Positions 20,936 through 32,952 of a DNA stretch of 64,000 nucleotides are shown piece by piece (within the stretch, counting starts at the first letter, position 1; each line of letters begins with the position of its first letter). This stretch comes from an uncultured bacterium (GTDB taxonomy: Bacteria > Verrucomicrobiota > Verrucomicrobiia > Limisphaerales > UBA8199): the NCBI GenBank assembly GCA_963749495.1, contig CAVVMW010000006.1:224001-288000 (forward strand). The letters are read 5' to 3'. The notes beneath the pieces were generated by a model. It was not told the DNA's origin, did no database searches, and was given only the letters and a program-made list of their open reading frames with translations. A program made the position numbers and the translations under genes.

Positions 20936-21045
20936 TTGCTCTTGCCTGGACATGGTGGTACTGACGAGATGCGCCCGATGAGATGTCGCCTCCACCGTAT
21001 TCTTGCATCACGTCGGCGCTGTGCCTTAGAATCGCTCTTGCCCGC

Positions 21046-22093
21046 ATGATGACTCTCCGCCAACTCGCTGCCGAGCCGTCCACGCTGCCGACGCGCACAG
21101 CGTGGTATCTGGCCGAGCTGGGCGAAGCGCGCGGCAGACAGGAGTTGTTCACGCGCCAGTCGCCCCAGAAGCTCAAAGTGCTCCGGGAGCACGCGATCAT
21201 CGAGAGCGCCATTTCGTCCAACCGCATTGAGGGCGTCGAGGTGGACCAGTCCCGCATCGGCACACTCATTTTCGGGAGACCGGCGCTTCGGGATCGGGAC
21301 GAAGAGGAAGTGCGCGGCTACCGTGACGCGTTGAAGCTGATCCACGAAACCGGGGCGGGGCTCCCGATTTCCGAAGCGACCATCAAGCGCCTGCACAGGT
21401 TGTGCCGTGGCCAGATCTGGGATGCGGGGGCCTACAAGGCAAGGGACGTGGACATTCTTCAGACCTACCCCGATGGGAGGACGCGCGTCCGGTTCAAGAC
21501 CGTCCCGGCGGACAAGACCCCGGCCGCCATGGCGGAGTTGGTCACCCATTGGGACCGGGTCCTCGTTGAGAAATGGGTGCCCCCGTTCGTGCTGCTTGCC
21601 GCGCTCAACCTCGATTTTCTTTGCATCCACCCTTTCCGGGACGGCAATGGCCGAGTCTCGCGCCTCCTCTTGTTGCTCGCCTGCTATCATTGCGGCCTGG
21701 AGGTGGGCCGCTACATCAGCCTCGAACGGCTCATCGAGCAGAACAAGGAGCGCTATTATGAGGTCCTTGAACAGAGCTCCCGCCGCTGGCACGAAGGCAA
21801 ACACGATTCCTGGCCGACGATCAACTTCCTCCTTTTTGTTCTTACCGAGGCGTGCAGAGAGTTCGAGCAACGGGTCGCTCAGATCAAATCTCCGCGTGGC
21901 GAAAAAACCGCAATGGTGCTCTCCGCGATTGAGCGCCAAGCCGCCCCATTTCGCATCGCCGACCTTCAGGCAGGATGTCCAGGGGTCAGCGTGGATATGA
22001 TTCGCGTCATCCTGAAGCGCCTTCAGCGGGACGGCAAGGTCCGAGCCCCTGGGCACTGGCCGGGGCGCGCGGTGGACCAAAACAGGAAACTAG
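21046..22093 (+). CDS. Fic family protein with probable C-terminal winged helix (frameshift near 22045)
   Basis: HPFRDGNGRVSR Fic motif; SSNRIEG inhibitory-helix motif; likely true end LGTGRGARWTKTGN* in a shifted frame. Confidence 0.9.
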
Positions 22094-22463
22094 GTAATGA
22101 CTCGGAACTAGGTAATAAACTAGGTAACAAGCGGACCGGTGGAAGCGGCACCTTCGGATCCCTCCCCCACGAACCGGCGCCTAACCCGCAAGGTTTTGGA
22201 CTGCGCCAGTCCAAAACGCTCCGCGCCCGGGTACGCCCTTCTGGTTCATGATCCCCGTGCATGATTCCATAACCGTGCGCGCTGCCCATCATTCCGCCCG
22301 GAATGATTCTGCCCAAAATGATTCTGCCTTTTCTGCAGGGCGCAGGACAGAATTCTTCGCTGCCGCCTAAAGGCGGCGTTCCGCCGCCAACCGGAACGCC
22401 GCCTTTAGGCGGCAGGATGGGCGCTCGAAGAAATCGGTCGTGCGCCCTTTTCTGCAGGCCTGA

Positions 22464-22889
22464 TTATTTTGCCTTTGACGCAGTTCGGTACAGATCGTCT
22501 CCAAATGGGACGGCCGTGTCCTCCCAGACTCTGTTGGGGCCGGCGGAGCGGATGAGCACTTCGGTGTCGGAGAAGTAGAATTGGAGCGGCGTGCCCCACG
22601 GGTCCACAATCTCCCCTTTTTCATTGAGTTCGCTGTGATTGCGGGCGGTCAGGATGACGACCTTTTTCTCGCCGCGGCCCAGGAGGTCTTTAGTGATGCA
22701 GGCATTGTTGCCGGTTGGGTAGTTACCCGTGAACTCCCGGTATTGTTGCAGGCTCAGGATGAGGTTGTCGGCCACGGAATTGAACCTGGCGACGTTGAGA
22801 TCGAGTTGGCGCTGGCTCCAGGTCTTGCTCGCCCACAAGGCGCCTGCGAGGCCTGCCACGACAACCAGGATGGCAAGGGCTTTCTTCAT
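22464..22889 (-). CDS. GspG-like / pseudopilin C-terminal domain protein
   Basis: N-terminal TM, YREFTGNYP, VDPWGTP, IRSAGPN..DD. Confidence 0.7.
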   Translation of the reverse strand: MKKALAILVVVAGLAGALWASKTWSQRQLDLNVARFNSVADNLILSLQQYREFTGNYPTGNNACITKDLLGRGEKKVVILTARNHSELNEKGEIVDPWGTPLQFYFSDTEVLIRSAGPNRVWEDTAVPFGDDLYRTASKAK

Positions 22890-23911
22890 ACAAGTGGGGG
22901 TGCAGCAGGAGGGATGCCGGTACTGGCGCGCACGACCAGTTCGGCGGGCAAGGGTTTGAGGTCTGGGCGCTGGCCGCGCAGGAGTTGCTGCATGGCGGCC
23001 ACCGCCGCCGAGCCGAGGCGGTACTTGGGCTGGCGGACCGTGGTCAGGGGGACCTGGAAATAGTCGCCGAAAGCGACATTGCCGAAGCCGGCCAGGGAGA
23101 GGTCCTCGGGGATGCGCAGGCCATGCTGGAGGAAGACCTGCGCGCAGCCCAGGGCAACGAGGTCATTGACGGCCAGCACGGCGGTGGCGGGGGCGGACTC
23201 GGCGAGCATTTGGGCTGCGGCCTTGGCGCCTTCCTCGGGCGTGCGGCCCGCCTGGAAGACGAGCTTGTCGTCCACGTCCAGGCCCGACTCGCGCAAGGCG
23301 CGGCGATAGCCCTCGAAGCGCTGCTCGGCCCAGGGTGTGGCCGGGGGGCCGGCCAGGAAGGCCACGCGCTTGTGGCCCAGCTTGAGCAGGTGGCGGGTGA
23401 CGGCGTAGCTGCCGAGCAGGTCGTCGGCCTCGACGCAAACGAACTGGTTGCAGAAGGGGGCCGGATGGCCCAGCAGGACGGTGGGGACGCGCCGTGCCAG
23501 CAAATCCTGATAGACCCGCGCCTCGGTGGCAATCCGATAGACCGGGGCAATGAACAGCCCGTCCACGCGCCGCGCCAGGAAGCGGCGGATGCAGGCATCC
23601 TCGCGCTCCGGGATATTGAGCGTGTGGGCCAGGAGCACGTCGTAGCCCATTTCGTAGGCGCGCTCCTCGACGGCCAGCACCAGCCGGCTCAGGAACGGGT
23701 CGGCACAGGAGGCCACTGCCAGGCCGAAGAGCTTGGTCGTGCGGTTGCGCAGGCCCTGCGCGGTTGAGTCGGGCACGTAACCCATTTGCTGGGCCAGCAG
23801 CTTGAGGCGGGTCTTGGTCTTGGCGGAGACATCCGGGGCGTCCCGCAGGGCCTTGGAGACGGTCATCACCGAGACCGCCGCCGCTTGCGCAATGTCTTTG
23901 AGTCGAACCAT
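22886..23911 (-). CDS. LacI family transcriptional regulator
   Basis: LKDIAQAAAVSVMTVSKAL HTH; LTTVRQP; LVVRAST. Confidence 0.95.
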   Translation of the reverse strand: MVRLKDIAQAAAVSVMTVSKALRDAPDVSAKTKTRLKLLAQQMGYVPDSTAQGLRNRTTKLFGLAVASCADPFLSRLVLAVEERAYEMGYDVLLAHTLNIPEREDACIRRFLARRVDGLFIAPVYRIATEARVYQDLLARRVPTVLLGHPAPFCNQFVCVEADDLLGSYAVTRHLLKLGHKRVAFLAGPPATPWAEQRFEGYRRALRESGLDVDDKLVFQAGRTPEEGAKAAAQMLAESAPATAVLAVNDLVALGCAQVFLQHGLRIPEDLSLAGFGNVAFGDYFQVPLTTVRQPKYRLGSAAVAAMQQLLRGQRPDLKPLPAELVVRASTGIPPAAPPLV

Positions 23912-23915
23912 AGTC

Positions 23916-24800
23916 TCACATCGTCGCGCCCCGCCAGTGCAGCTTGCGCCTCAAGGTCTCACAAAACGAACTGCCCGCCAGTTGCATGAGCCGCACCGTG
24001 CGGCGGCTGCGGCGCACCGTGATCCGGTCGCCCACCGCCAGTTCACTCATCACCTGCCCGTCGGCGCTCAGAATCGTCGCCAGCCTCGGGCTGACCACCG
24101 TCACCTCGATGGTCGCGCTCAGCGGCACGATCAAGGCGCGGTTGGAGAGCGTATGGGGACAGATCGGCGTCAGTGCCAGCACGGCGGCGGTCGGAAAGAC
24201 CACAGCGCCCCCGGCCGCCAGGAAATAGGCGGTGGAGCCGGTCGGCGAGCTGACGATCAGTCCGTCGCACCGGTAGCGCGTCAGCAAGTCGCCGTCCACG
24301 CGCACGTCCAGTTCGATGAGCCTGGAGAAGATGCCGCGGCTGATGACCAGGTCGTTCAAGGCGGTCTGCTCGATGGTGCGGCCGCCGCACCGGGCGGCGG
24401 CCTGGAGCAGGACGCGGTTTTCGAAGCGGAATTCGCCTTTCCAGACGTGCTCCAGGGCCCGGGGCAACTGGTCGGAGGGGACCGCCGTCAGGAAGCCCAG
24501 GCTGCCGATGTTGATTCCCAGCAACGGCGTGCGCGAGCCGGCTATCTCGCGGGCCACGCGCAGGATGGTGCCGTCGCCCCCGAAGACCAGGAGCAAATCC
24601 ACCTGGCGGGCGAGCGTGGCGGCGTCCGTGGCCAGGGCCGCTTTGATCTTCGCCAGTTCCGCGGTGGCGGGGTCGCTGTAGAGCTTGCGCCCGGCCGCCA
24701 GCACCAGGCGCGCCGCCTCGCCTACGGCGTCGAAGGCCTCGGCCTTGTCCGAGTTGCCGAGCAGCCCCACGTTCTTGATCGTATCAGGCAGCTTTTTCAA
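23916..24800 (-). CDS. nadK: NAD(+) kinase
   Basis: GGDGTIL, GINIGSLGFL, ALND, DGLIVSSPTGSTAY, PICPHTL; TTG start inferred. Confidence 0.93.
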   Translation of the reverse strand: MKKLPDTIKNVGLLGNSDKAEAFDAVGEAARLVLAAGRKLYSDPATAELAKIKAALATDAATLARQVDLLLVFGGDGTILRVAREIAGSRTPLLGINIGSLGFLTAVPSDQLPRALEHVWKGEFRFENRVLLQAAARCGGRTIEQTALNDLVISRGIFSRLIELDVRVDGDLLTRYRCDGLIVSSPTGSTAYFLAAGGAVVFPTAAVLALTPICPHTLSNRALIVPLSATIEVTVVSPRLATILSADGQVMSELAVGDRITVRRSRRTVRLMQLAGSSFCETLRRKLHWRGATM

Positions 24801-25526
24801 GCAGCACCAGGAACTCTTTATTGCCCGCCAGCCGAGCACCGGGGACTCCGTTACACTGCGCCAATGCAGGCTGGGGAGGCCCGCCACAAATTCCGCCAGC
24901 TCGCGCAACACGCGCTGGTGGATCGCCGGGTCGCGGATCACCCCGGCGCCCCGGTCTGCCTCGGCCTTTCCGGCCTCGAATTGTGGCTTGACCAGCGCCA
25001 CTATTCTACCGGATGGCCGCAACAATGCAACGGCAGGCGCGATGATTTTGCGCAGCGAGATGAACGAGCAATCAATCACCACCAGGTCAACGGCGTCAAA
25101 CGGCGGGGGGAAATGCGACGCAGTCAGTTCTCGGGCGTTGATCCGCTCCATCACCACCACGCGGGGGTCGCGGCGCAGTGTCCAGGCCAGTTGGCCCCGG
25201 CCTACGTCCACCGCATAGACCCGCGCCGCCCCCCGCTGCAGCAGGCAGTCGGTGAATCCGCCGGTCGAAGCGCCCAGATCGAGCGCGGTCAGGCCACGGA
25301 CCTCCAGTCCAAAACATTCCAGCGCGTGCTCGAGCTTGGCCCCGCCGCGGCTGACAAACCTCTCCGGCGCGGCCAGCTCAAGCTGGTCCCCAGGCCGGAC
25401 CGCATCGCTCGCCTTGCGGGCCAACTGGCCGTTGACCCGCACGCGCCCCCCCAGGATGGCGCGCCGGGCCTGCTCCCGGCTCGGACTCAGCCCCCGCTCG
25501 ACCAATGCCTGATCCAATCGGCCCAT
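24784..25526 (-). CDS. tlyA: TlyA family rRNA 2'-O-methyltransferase (1-nt frameshift near 3' end)
   Basis: RLDQALVERGL, FVSRGGAKL, DLGASTGGFTDCLL, LVKPQFE; GNKEFL end in a shifted frame. Confidence 0.93.
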
Positions 25527-25718
25527 AAGAATAAGAATACTCTGCCGGCCTGAACCGCGCCATCCAGGAGTCGGTTGCTGGCACCCCCGGCGGTGTCGGA
25601 CCGGTCGGACCGGTCGGACCAGTCGGACCCTTGCCCTTGCCATCCCCGCCGATGGGGGCGAATCTAGCGGTGATGCCGATCGGAATTTCGACGCCCCTGA
25701 TTCCTGCCCCGCGCCCCT

Positions 25719-26492
25719 GTGAATCTGCACTATGAAACCTGGGGCCACGGCCCGCCGCTGGCGGTCTTGCACGGCCTGTTCGGCTCGCTGGACAACTGGC
25801 ACAGTGTGTCCAGGGACCTGGCCGGACAGTTCGAGGTGCTGGCCATCGACCAGCGAAACCACGGCCGCTCGCCCCACAGCCCGAAAATGAGCTACCCGCT
25901 GCTGGCCCAGGACTTGCGCGAGTTCCTCGAGCAGCGCGGCCTGGGCCGCGTCTCGGTCCTGGGCCATTCGATGGGCGGCAAGACGGCGATGGAATTCGCA
26001 CTGCGCTGGCCCGTGTGCCTCGACAAGCTGATCGTCGTCGAGATGGCTCCCAGGGCCTACCCGGCGCTCCACGACCCCATGCTCGAGGCCCTCCTGGCCC
26101 TGGACCTGGCGGCCTGCCCCGGCCGCCAGCAAATGGAGGCCGCCTTGGAGCCGGCCATCCCGAGCAAGACAACGCGCCGGTTCCTGCTCAAGAACGTCGA
26201 GCGCGACCCCGGCAGCGGCGTCTTCCGGTGGAGGATGAACTTGCAGGGCATCTCTGAGAATTATCCGCGGCTCTGTGAGCCCTTGGCGCCGGGCCGCAGT
26301 TGCGCCCGGCCGGCGCTCTTTCTCCGGGGTGGCGAGTCCGATTACCTTCGGCCGGAGGATTTTGAAGGGATTCGCAGCCTCTTTCCCAACGCCCGGTTTC
26401 GCGCGCTGGCCGGCGCCGGCCACTGGGTCCATGCCGATGCCCCGGAAGAGTTCCTGCGGATAGTCCGGGAGTTCCTGGAGGAAGATGCTTAG
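25719..26492 (+). CDS. alpha/beta hydrolase, YbfF/ABHD11-like esterase
   Basis: LHGLFGSLDNW, DQRNHGRS, GHSMGGK, GHWVHAD. Confidence 0.9.
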   Translation: MNLHYETWGHGPPLAVLHGLFGSLDNWHSVSRDLAGQFEVLAIDQRNHGRSPHSPKMSYPLLAQDLREFLEQRGLGRVSVLGHSMGGKTAMEFALRWPVCLDKLIVVEMAPRAYPALHDPMLEALLALDLAACPGRQQMEAALEPAIPSKTTRRFLLKNVERDPGSGVFRWRMNLQGISENYPRLCEPLAPGRSCARPALFLRGGESDYLRPEDFEGIRSLFPNARFRALAGAGHWVHADAPEEFLRIVREFLEEDA

Positions 26493-26604
26493 AGACAGCG
26501 GCGAAATTAACCGCAAAGAACGCAGAGAACACAAAGAGCCCGGAATCAAGGCGTTTCTTTGCGCTCTTTGCGTTCTTTGCGGTTAATTCTGCAACCGCCT
26601 CTTA
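26489..26604. mobile_element. ~110-bp MITE-like element, copy 2 (inverted relative to 3878-3994)
   Basis: Reverse complement aligns along its whole length with 3881-3990; TTA on both sides. Confidence 0.75.
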
Positions 26605-26671
26605 ATTGTTTCCTTACTTGACTCCATATGCCCGGCCTTCGACAATTCAAGCTAGAGTTTCATCGGCTCTG

Positions 26672-28565
<1,894 letters not shown>

Positions 28566-28746
28566 TGCGGCGGCCCTCCGGAATCCGGGCAGGGACAAAA
28601 GGGACAAAAGGGACAAAAGGGACGCCCGGACGGCGGCGCGTGGGCAGCGCCAGAGATTAAGACCGATCTTCAGGGCCATTCGTCATTCGTCATTCGTCAT
28701 TCATTGCCATCGCCCCCTGTCTCTGGCATGTTCAGCCCGCGAGTCT

Positions 28747-30255
28747 ATGAAGAATGCCTTGCTGGCAGCGGCCCTGCTGTGCGGCCCATGGCCGGGGCGA
28801 GGCGGCGAACAGGACTGGTTCGTCCCGCTGGGACCCCCGCCGCAAGCCGCGCCCCGGCGCATCTCGGGAGGCGAGGCCTTTCCTCCACTGCCCCTGCCGG
28901 CCACGCCCCTGCGCCGCACGGAACGCAAACGCGAACCCAGTCCGCCCAAACTCGCCGCCAAAGTCATCTGGGGCCAGAGCGCCTCGTTCACCTATGACAA
29001 CGGCACCAGCACCAAGGTGGCCGATTGGAACCTCTGCCCGGGCGACCTGCAACAATTGATGAAGCGCGCCAGCGAGCGCCTCGGCACCGCCTACGGCAGC
29101 GACAGCCTCAGCCTGGCCTCCTTTGACGGCGACCCTGCCAAGACCCCCGTCCTGTTCTTCAGCGGCGTGCGCACCATCAAGTTCGCCCCGCACGAACTGG
29201 AGAGCTTGCGCGACTATGTCTTGCGCGGCGGCATGATCCTGGCCGACAGCATCGCCGGGTCGCCCTACTTTTACGATTCGTTCCGCGCCGCCATGGAAAA
29301 GGCATTCCCGGAACTGCGCTGGCGCCTGCTCCCGGAGGATCACCCCGTGTATCATACCCTCACCGACGTGTACAAGGTGAGCTACCCGAAGAACCTCAAC
29401 TCCGATCGCCCCTGGCTGGAGGCCCTTTACATTTATTCGCGCGCCGGCGTGGTGCTCTCCAAGTACGGCCTGGGCTGCGGCTGGGACGACCACGAGGTCC
29501 CCCTGCTCAAACAGGCGGTGTACTACGACGTTGACTCGGCCAACCGGCTTGGCATCAACCTCATCGCCTACGCCGTGGGTTACGCCCGGGTGGGACGCCA
29601 GGAGGCCAAGCCGGAGCTTTACGGCGCCCTCGACCAAAAGCACCCCACCGACGAGTTCATCTTCGCCCAGGTCAAGCATGAGGGCGCCTGGAACCCTCAC
29701 AGCGGCGGCGCCAGCCGCCTGCTGGAGGAACTGCGCCGGACCACCGCCCTGCGCGTCAGCCTCAAGCGCGTCGCGGTCGAGCCCGGCAAAAACGACCTCT
29801 CCCATTTCACCTTCCTTTACCTGACCGGGCTGGACGATTTTCACCTGGACGCCGATGCCCTCTCGGCGCTGAAGCGGTTCCTGGAGGGCGGCGGGACCCT
29901 CCTCGTCAACAACGCTCTGGGCCTGCAGACCTTCGACCAGGCCGCCCGCCGCGAACTCAAGAGGGTCCTGCCCAATGCCGATTTGAGCCCGCTTCCCCCA
30001 ACCCATCCCATCTTCAGCACTCTCAACAAGGTGACCGAGTCCAAATACACGCCCGCTGCCCTGGCCCAAAAACCGGGCCTGAACCAACCGTGGCTGGAGG
30101 GCATCTCCCTCAAGGGCGATCTCAAGGTCATTTACAGCCCGTTCGACCTGGAGGCCGGATGGCAAGGGCTGGATTATCCACTGGCCCGGGCCTACGAACC
30201 CAACTCCGCCCTCCAATTGGGTGTCAACATCATCATCTACGCCATGACTCACTAA
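28747..30255 (+). CDS. secreted protein with two DUF4159-like domains
   Basis: Signal peptide; two repeats of L..Y/FL..GG...HPV/IY/F...LE.....GINL/IIAY. Confidence 0.75.
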   Translation: MKNALLAAALLCGPWPGRGGEQDWFVPLGPPPQAAPRRISGGEAFPPLPLPATPLRRTERKREPSPPKLAAKVIWGQSASFTYDNGTSTKVADWNLCPGDLQQLMKRASERLGTAYGSDSLSLASFDGDPAKTPVLFFSGVRTIKFAPHELESLRDYVLRGGMILADSIAGSPYFYDSFRAAMEKAFPELRWRLLPEDHPVYHTLTDVYKVSYPKNLNSDRPWLEALYIYSRAGVVLSKYGLGCGWDDHEVPLLKQAVYYDVDSANRLGINLIAYAVGYARVGRQEAKPELYGALDQKHPTDEFIFAQVKHEGAWNPHSGGASRLLEELRRTTALRVSLKRVAVEPGKNDLSHFTFLYLTGLDDFHLDADALSALKRFLEGGGTLLVNNALGLQTFDQAARRELKRVLPNADLSPLPPTHPIFSTLNKVTESKYTPAALAQKPGLNQPWLEGISLKGDLKVIYSPFDLEAGWQGLDYPLARAYEPNSALQLGVNIIIYAMTH

Positions 30256-30335
30256 GCAACCGAGGGTCGAGGGTCGAGGGTCGAGGGGAGCAGGCGCCGC
30301 CCATCACTCGTCCCCCGTCCCTCGCCCCTCGCCCC

Positions 30336-31790
30336 ATGCCAACACTCGTTTATCAATTCCAGGACCAGGAACACCGGTTCGCGTTCATCAACCATGCCAC
30401 AATCGGGCGCGTGCAGGGCAACGACCTCTGCGTGCCCTGCGAATTGATGTCCGCCCGCCATGCCTTCATCCTCCGCGCCGGCGAGGACTTCCGCCTGGTG
30501 GACCAGGAGAGCAGCAACGGGGTGCTCGTGGACGAGCAGCGGGTCTCCTCGGTGACCCTTTGCGACGGTTCGCGATTTCGCCTGGGCGCGGTCGAGTTTG
30601 TGTTCCATGCGGCAACCGAGGGCGGCGGGGCCGGGGTGGTTGCGGGACTGGCACAGGGGCCTGTGTCGGCGCAGGTCCCGGTGGCGGCCGGGCCGCCGCC
30701 CGCGGAAACGCACGCGCAGCCGGCCACGGCGCCGCCATCGCGGGTCGAGCACGAGCCGCCCGTTGTGGGAGAGCCGTCCCCGGTTGCTGCGGCCCCGCAG
30801 ACTCCCGAGCAGGTCATCGCCCGTTTCAAGACCGCCCGCGAGCGCATTCTGGAGGAGATCGGCAAGACCATCATCGGACAGAAAGAAACCCTGAACCAGA
30901 TGCTGGTGTCGCTTTTTGCGCGCGGCCATTGCTTGCTGATTGGTGTGCCGGGCCTGGCCAAGACGCTGATGGTCAAGGTGCTGGGCAGCGCGGTGGACCT
31001 TCAGGCCACCCGGATTCAGTTCACGCCCGACCTCATGCCCTCGGACATCACCGGCACCGACATCCTCGAAGAGGATTCGCTGAGCGGCAAACGCCGCTTC
31101 CGTTTCCACCGCGGCCCCCTGTTCACGAACCTGCTCCTGGCCGATGAAATCAATCGCACGCCGCCCAAGACCCAGGCGGCCCTGCTCGAAGCCATGCAGG
31201 AACATCGCGTCACCATCTCCGGCACCGGCTACGACCTGCCCGAGCCGTTTATGGTCCTGGCGACGCAGAACCCGATCGAGCAGGAGGGCACTTATCCGCT
31301 GCCGGAGGCCCAACTCGACCGGTTCATGTTCTGCATCCACCTCACCTATCCGAACGCGCAGGAAGAACAGCAGGTGATTCTGGAGACCACGCGCGACGCC
31401 CAAACCGTGCCCAACCGCGTCCTCAATGCCGCGCAAATCCTCGAACTCCAGCACCTGGTCCGGCAGGTGCCCGTCAGCCAGCACGTCGCCCTCTACGCCC
31501 TCAATCTCATCCGGGCCACACGCCCCAACCTCCCGGGGGCGCCGGACTTCATCAACCGCTGGGTGCGGTGGGGCGCCGGCACCCGCGCCGGCCAATACCT
31601 GCTCCTGGCCGCCAAAGCCCATGTCCTGCTCCAGGGCCGCTTCAGCGTCTCCTGCGCCGACATCCGGGAATATGCCTTGCCCGTCCTGCGCCACCGCATC
31701 TTCCCCAACTTCACCGCGGCCAGCGAGGGCGTGAACACCGACCAGATCGTGGGCAAGGTGGTCGAGGCGGTGAAAGAACCCAAGTACTAA
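30336..31790 (+). CDS. FHA domain fused to MoxR-family AAA+ ATPase
   Basis: IGR...SARHA...SSNG (FHA); GVPGLAKT, RIQFTPDLMPSD, DEINRTPPKTQAALLE, GTYPLPEAQLDRF. Confidence 0.92.
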   Translation: MPTLVYQFQDQEHRFAFINHATIGRVQGNDLCVPCELMSARHAFILRAGEDFRLVDQESSNGVLVDEQRVSSVTLCDGSRFRLGAVEFVFHAATEGGGAGVVAGLAQGPVSAQVPVAAGPPPAETHAQPATAPPSRVEHEPPVVGEPSPVAAAPQTPEQVIARFKTARERILEEIGKTIIGQKETLNQMLVSLFARGHCLLIGVPGLAKTLMVKVLGSAVDLQATRIQFTPDLMPSDITGTDILEEDSLSGKRRFRFHRGPLFTNLLLADEINRTPPKTQAALLEAMQEHRVTISGTGYDLPEPFMVLATQNPIEQEGTYPLPEAQLDRFMFCIHLTYPNAQEEQQVILETTRDAQTVPNRVLNAAQILELQHLVRQVPVSQHVALYALNLIRATRPNLPGAPDFINRWVRWGAGTRAGQYLLLAAKAHVLLQGRFSVSCADIREYALPVLRHRIFPNFTAASEGVNTDQIVGKVVEAVKEPKY

Positions 31791-31886
31791 TGCCAGTTAT
31801 CTCTCTTAGCGCAACCGACGCGTCCGACCGGTCCGACGCGCCGGACCGGTCTGACCCGTCTGGCTCCGCGCCCAGGCTCCGCGTTC

Positions 31887-32771
31887 ATGGCCACCACCTA
31901 TAAGTTCCTGCCCGCCGAGTTGGCGGACCGGTTGCGGGGGCTGGGATTGAGCGTGCGCAAGCCGGTCGAGGGGGCGCTGCAAGGGCTGCACCGCTCGCCG
32001 CATCACGGCTCGTCGGTCGAGTTTGCCGAGTACCGCGAATACACACCCGGCGACCCGCCCAACCGGATGGACTGGGCCGTTTATGCCCGCACGGACCGCC
32101 ACGTGGTCCGGCGTTACCAGGAGGAGACCAACCTGCGCGCTTACATCCTCCTGGACACCTCGGAGAGCATGGCCTTCGGCAACCTGGGCCTGCACACCAA
32201 GATGGACTATGCCTGCTTCGTCGCTGCCGGCCTTATGTGCGTGCTGCTCGGCCAGTCGGACGCCGCCGGACTGACGCTCTTCGGCGAGACGGCGGGCAAA
32301 TCGTTTGCCCCGACCGGCTCGCTCGAAGGGTTGCGCCCGATGCTCCTGGCCCTCGAAGAGGTCAAGCCGGCAGGCCGCACCCGCATCGACCGCGCCTTGC
32401 ACCAACTGGCCGAGCAGATTCAGCGCCGCAGCCTCGTCGTCCTCATCTCCGACCTCCTCCAGGACCCGGCCCAAATCGCGCAAGGCCTCCAGCATCTCCA
32501 CCACAATAAACACGAGGTGCTCGTGCTCCAACTGTTGGATGGCGCCGAGCTCAACCTCAGTTTCAGCGGCCTGGCTGAACTGCGGGATCTGGAAACTGGC
32601 GCCCGGCTCCCCATCCAGGCCGACGAAGTCCGCCAGGCCTACGCCCTGGAGGTCCAGAAGTTCCTCGATGAAATCCGCCGCGCCTGCTCCAGTTGCCTGG
32701 CCGCCTATCGCCTCCTCGACACCCGCGTCCCCGTTGAAGAGGCCCTCCGTGCCGCCTTCGGGAAGTTATGA
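31887..32771 (+). CDS. DUF58 (vWA-like) MoxR-associated protein
   Basis: GLHRSPHHGSSVEFAEYREYTPGD, LLDTSESM, LISDL. Confidence 0.92.
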   Translation: MATTYKFLPAELADRLRGLGLSVRKPVEGALQGLHRSPHHGSSVEFAEYREYTPGDPPNRMDWAVYARTDRHVVRRYQEETNLRAYILLDTSESMAFGNLGLHTKMDYACFVAAGLMCVLLGQSDAAGLTLFGETAGKSFAPTGSLEGLRPMLLALEEVKPAGRTRIDRALHQLAEQIQRRSLVVLISDLLQDPAQIAQGLQHLHHNKHEVLVLQLLDGAELNLSFSGLAELRDLETGARLPIQADEVRQAYALEVQKFLDEIRRACSSCLAAYRLLDTRVPVEEALRAAFGKL

Positions 32772-32890
32772 ACCCTGCCCATGAGCCGGCGAATAGCCCG
32801 CAGGGTTTTGGACTGCGCCAGTCCTCTGGCGCTTTGGCCCGGAGTCAGACGGGTCCGAGGGCTGGCGCAGAGCGAACGCCTCGCCCTGAT

Positions 32891-32948
32891 GTTCACGTTT
32901 CACGTTTCACGTTTCACGTTTCACGTTTCACGTTTCACGTTTCACGTT
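32891..32948. repeat. heptamer tandem array (TTTCACG) x~8
   Basis: Direct reading; lies immediately before the BatA start codon. Confidence 0.9.
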
Positions 32949-32952
32949 TGAC

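Noticed and set aside
20548..22080. Long antisense or alternative-frame ORFs (e.g. 20548-22080, 28732-30252, 46632-48662, 58521-61187)
   Set aside because: Shadows of real genes in high-GC DNA, with no recognisable motifs.
22094..22251. C-terminal extension of the Fic ORF (KLGNDSELGNKLGN...)
   Set aside because: Read-through into repeats caused by a probable frameshift near 22045.
23916..26549. 877-aa ORF suggesting a TlyA-NAD kinase fusion
   Set aside because: The normal TlyA end (AGNKEFLVLLEKAA*) is present one base out of frame, and the 5' extension is antisense to the hydrolase gene. It is best explained by a 1-nt indel.
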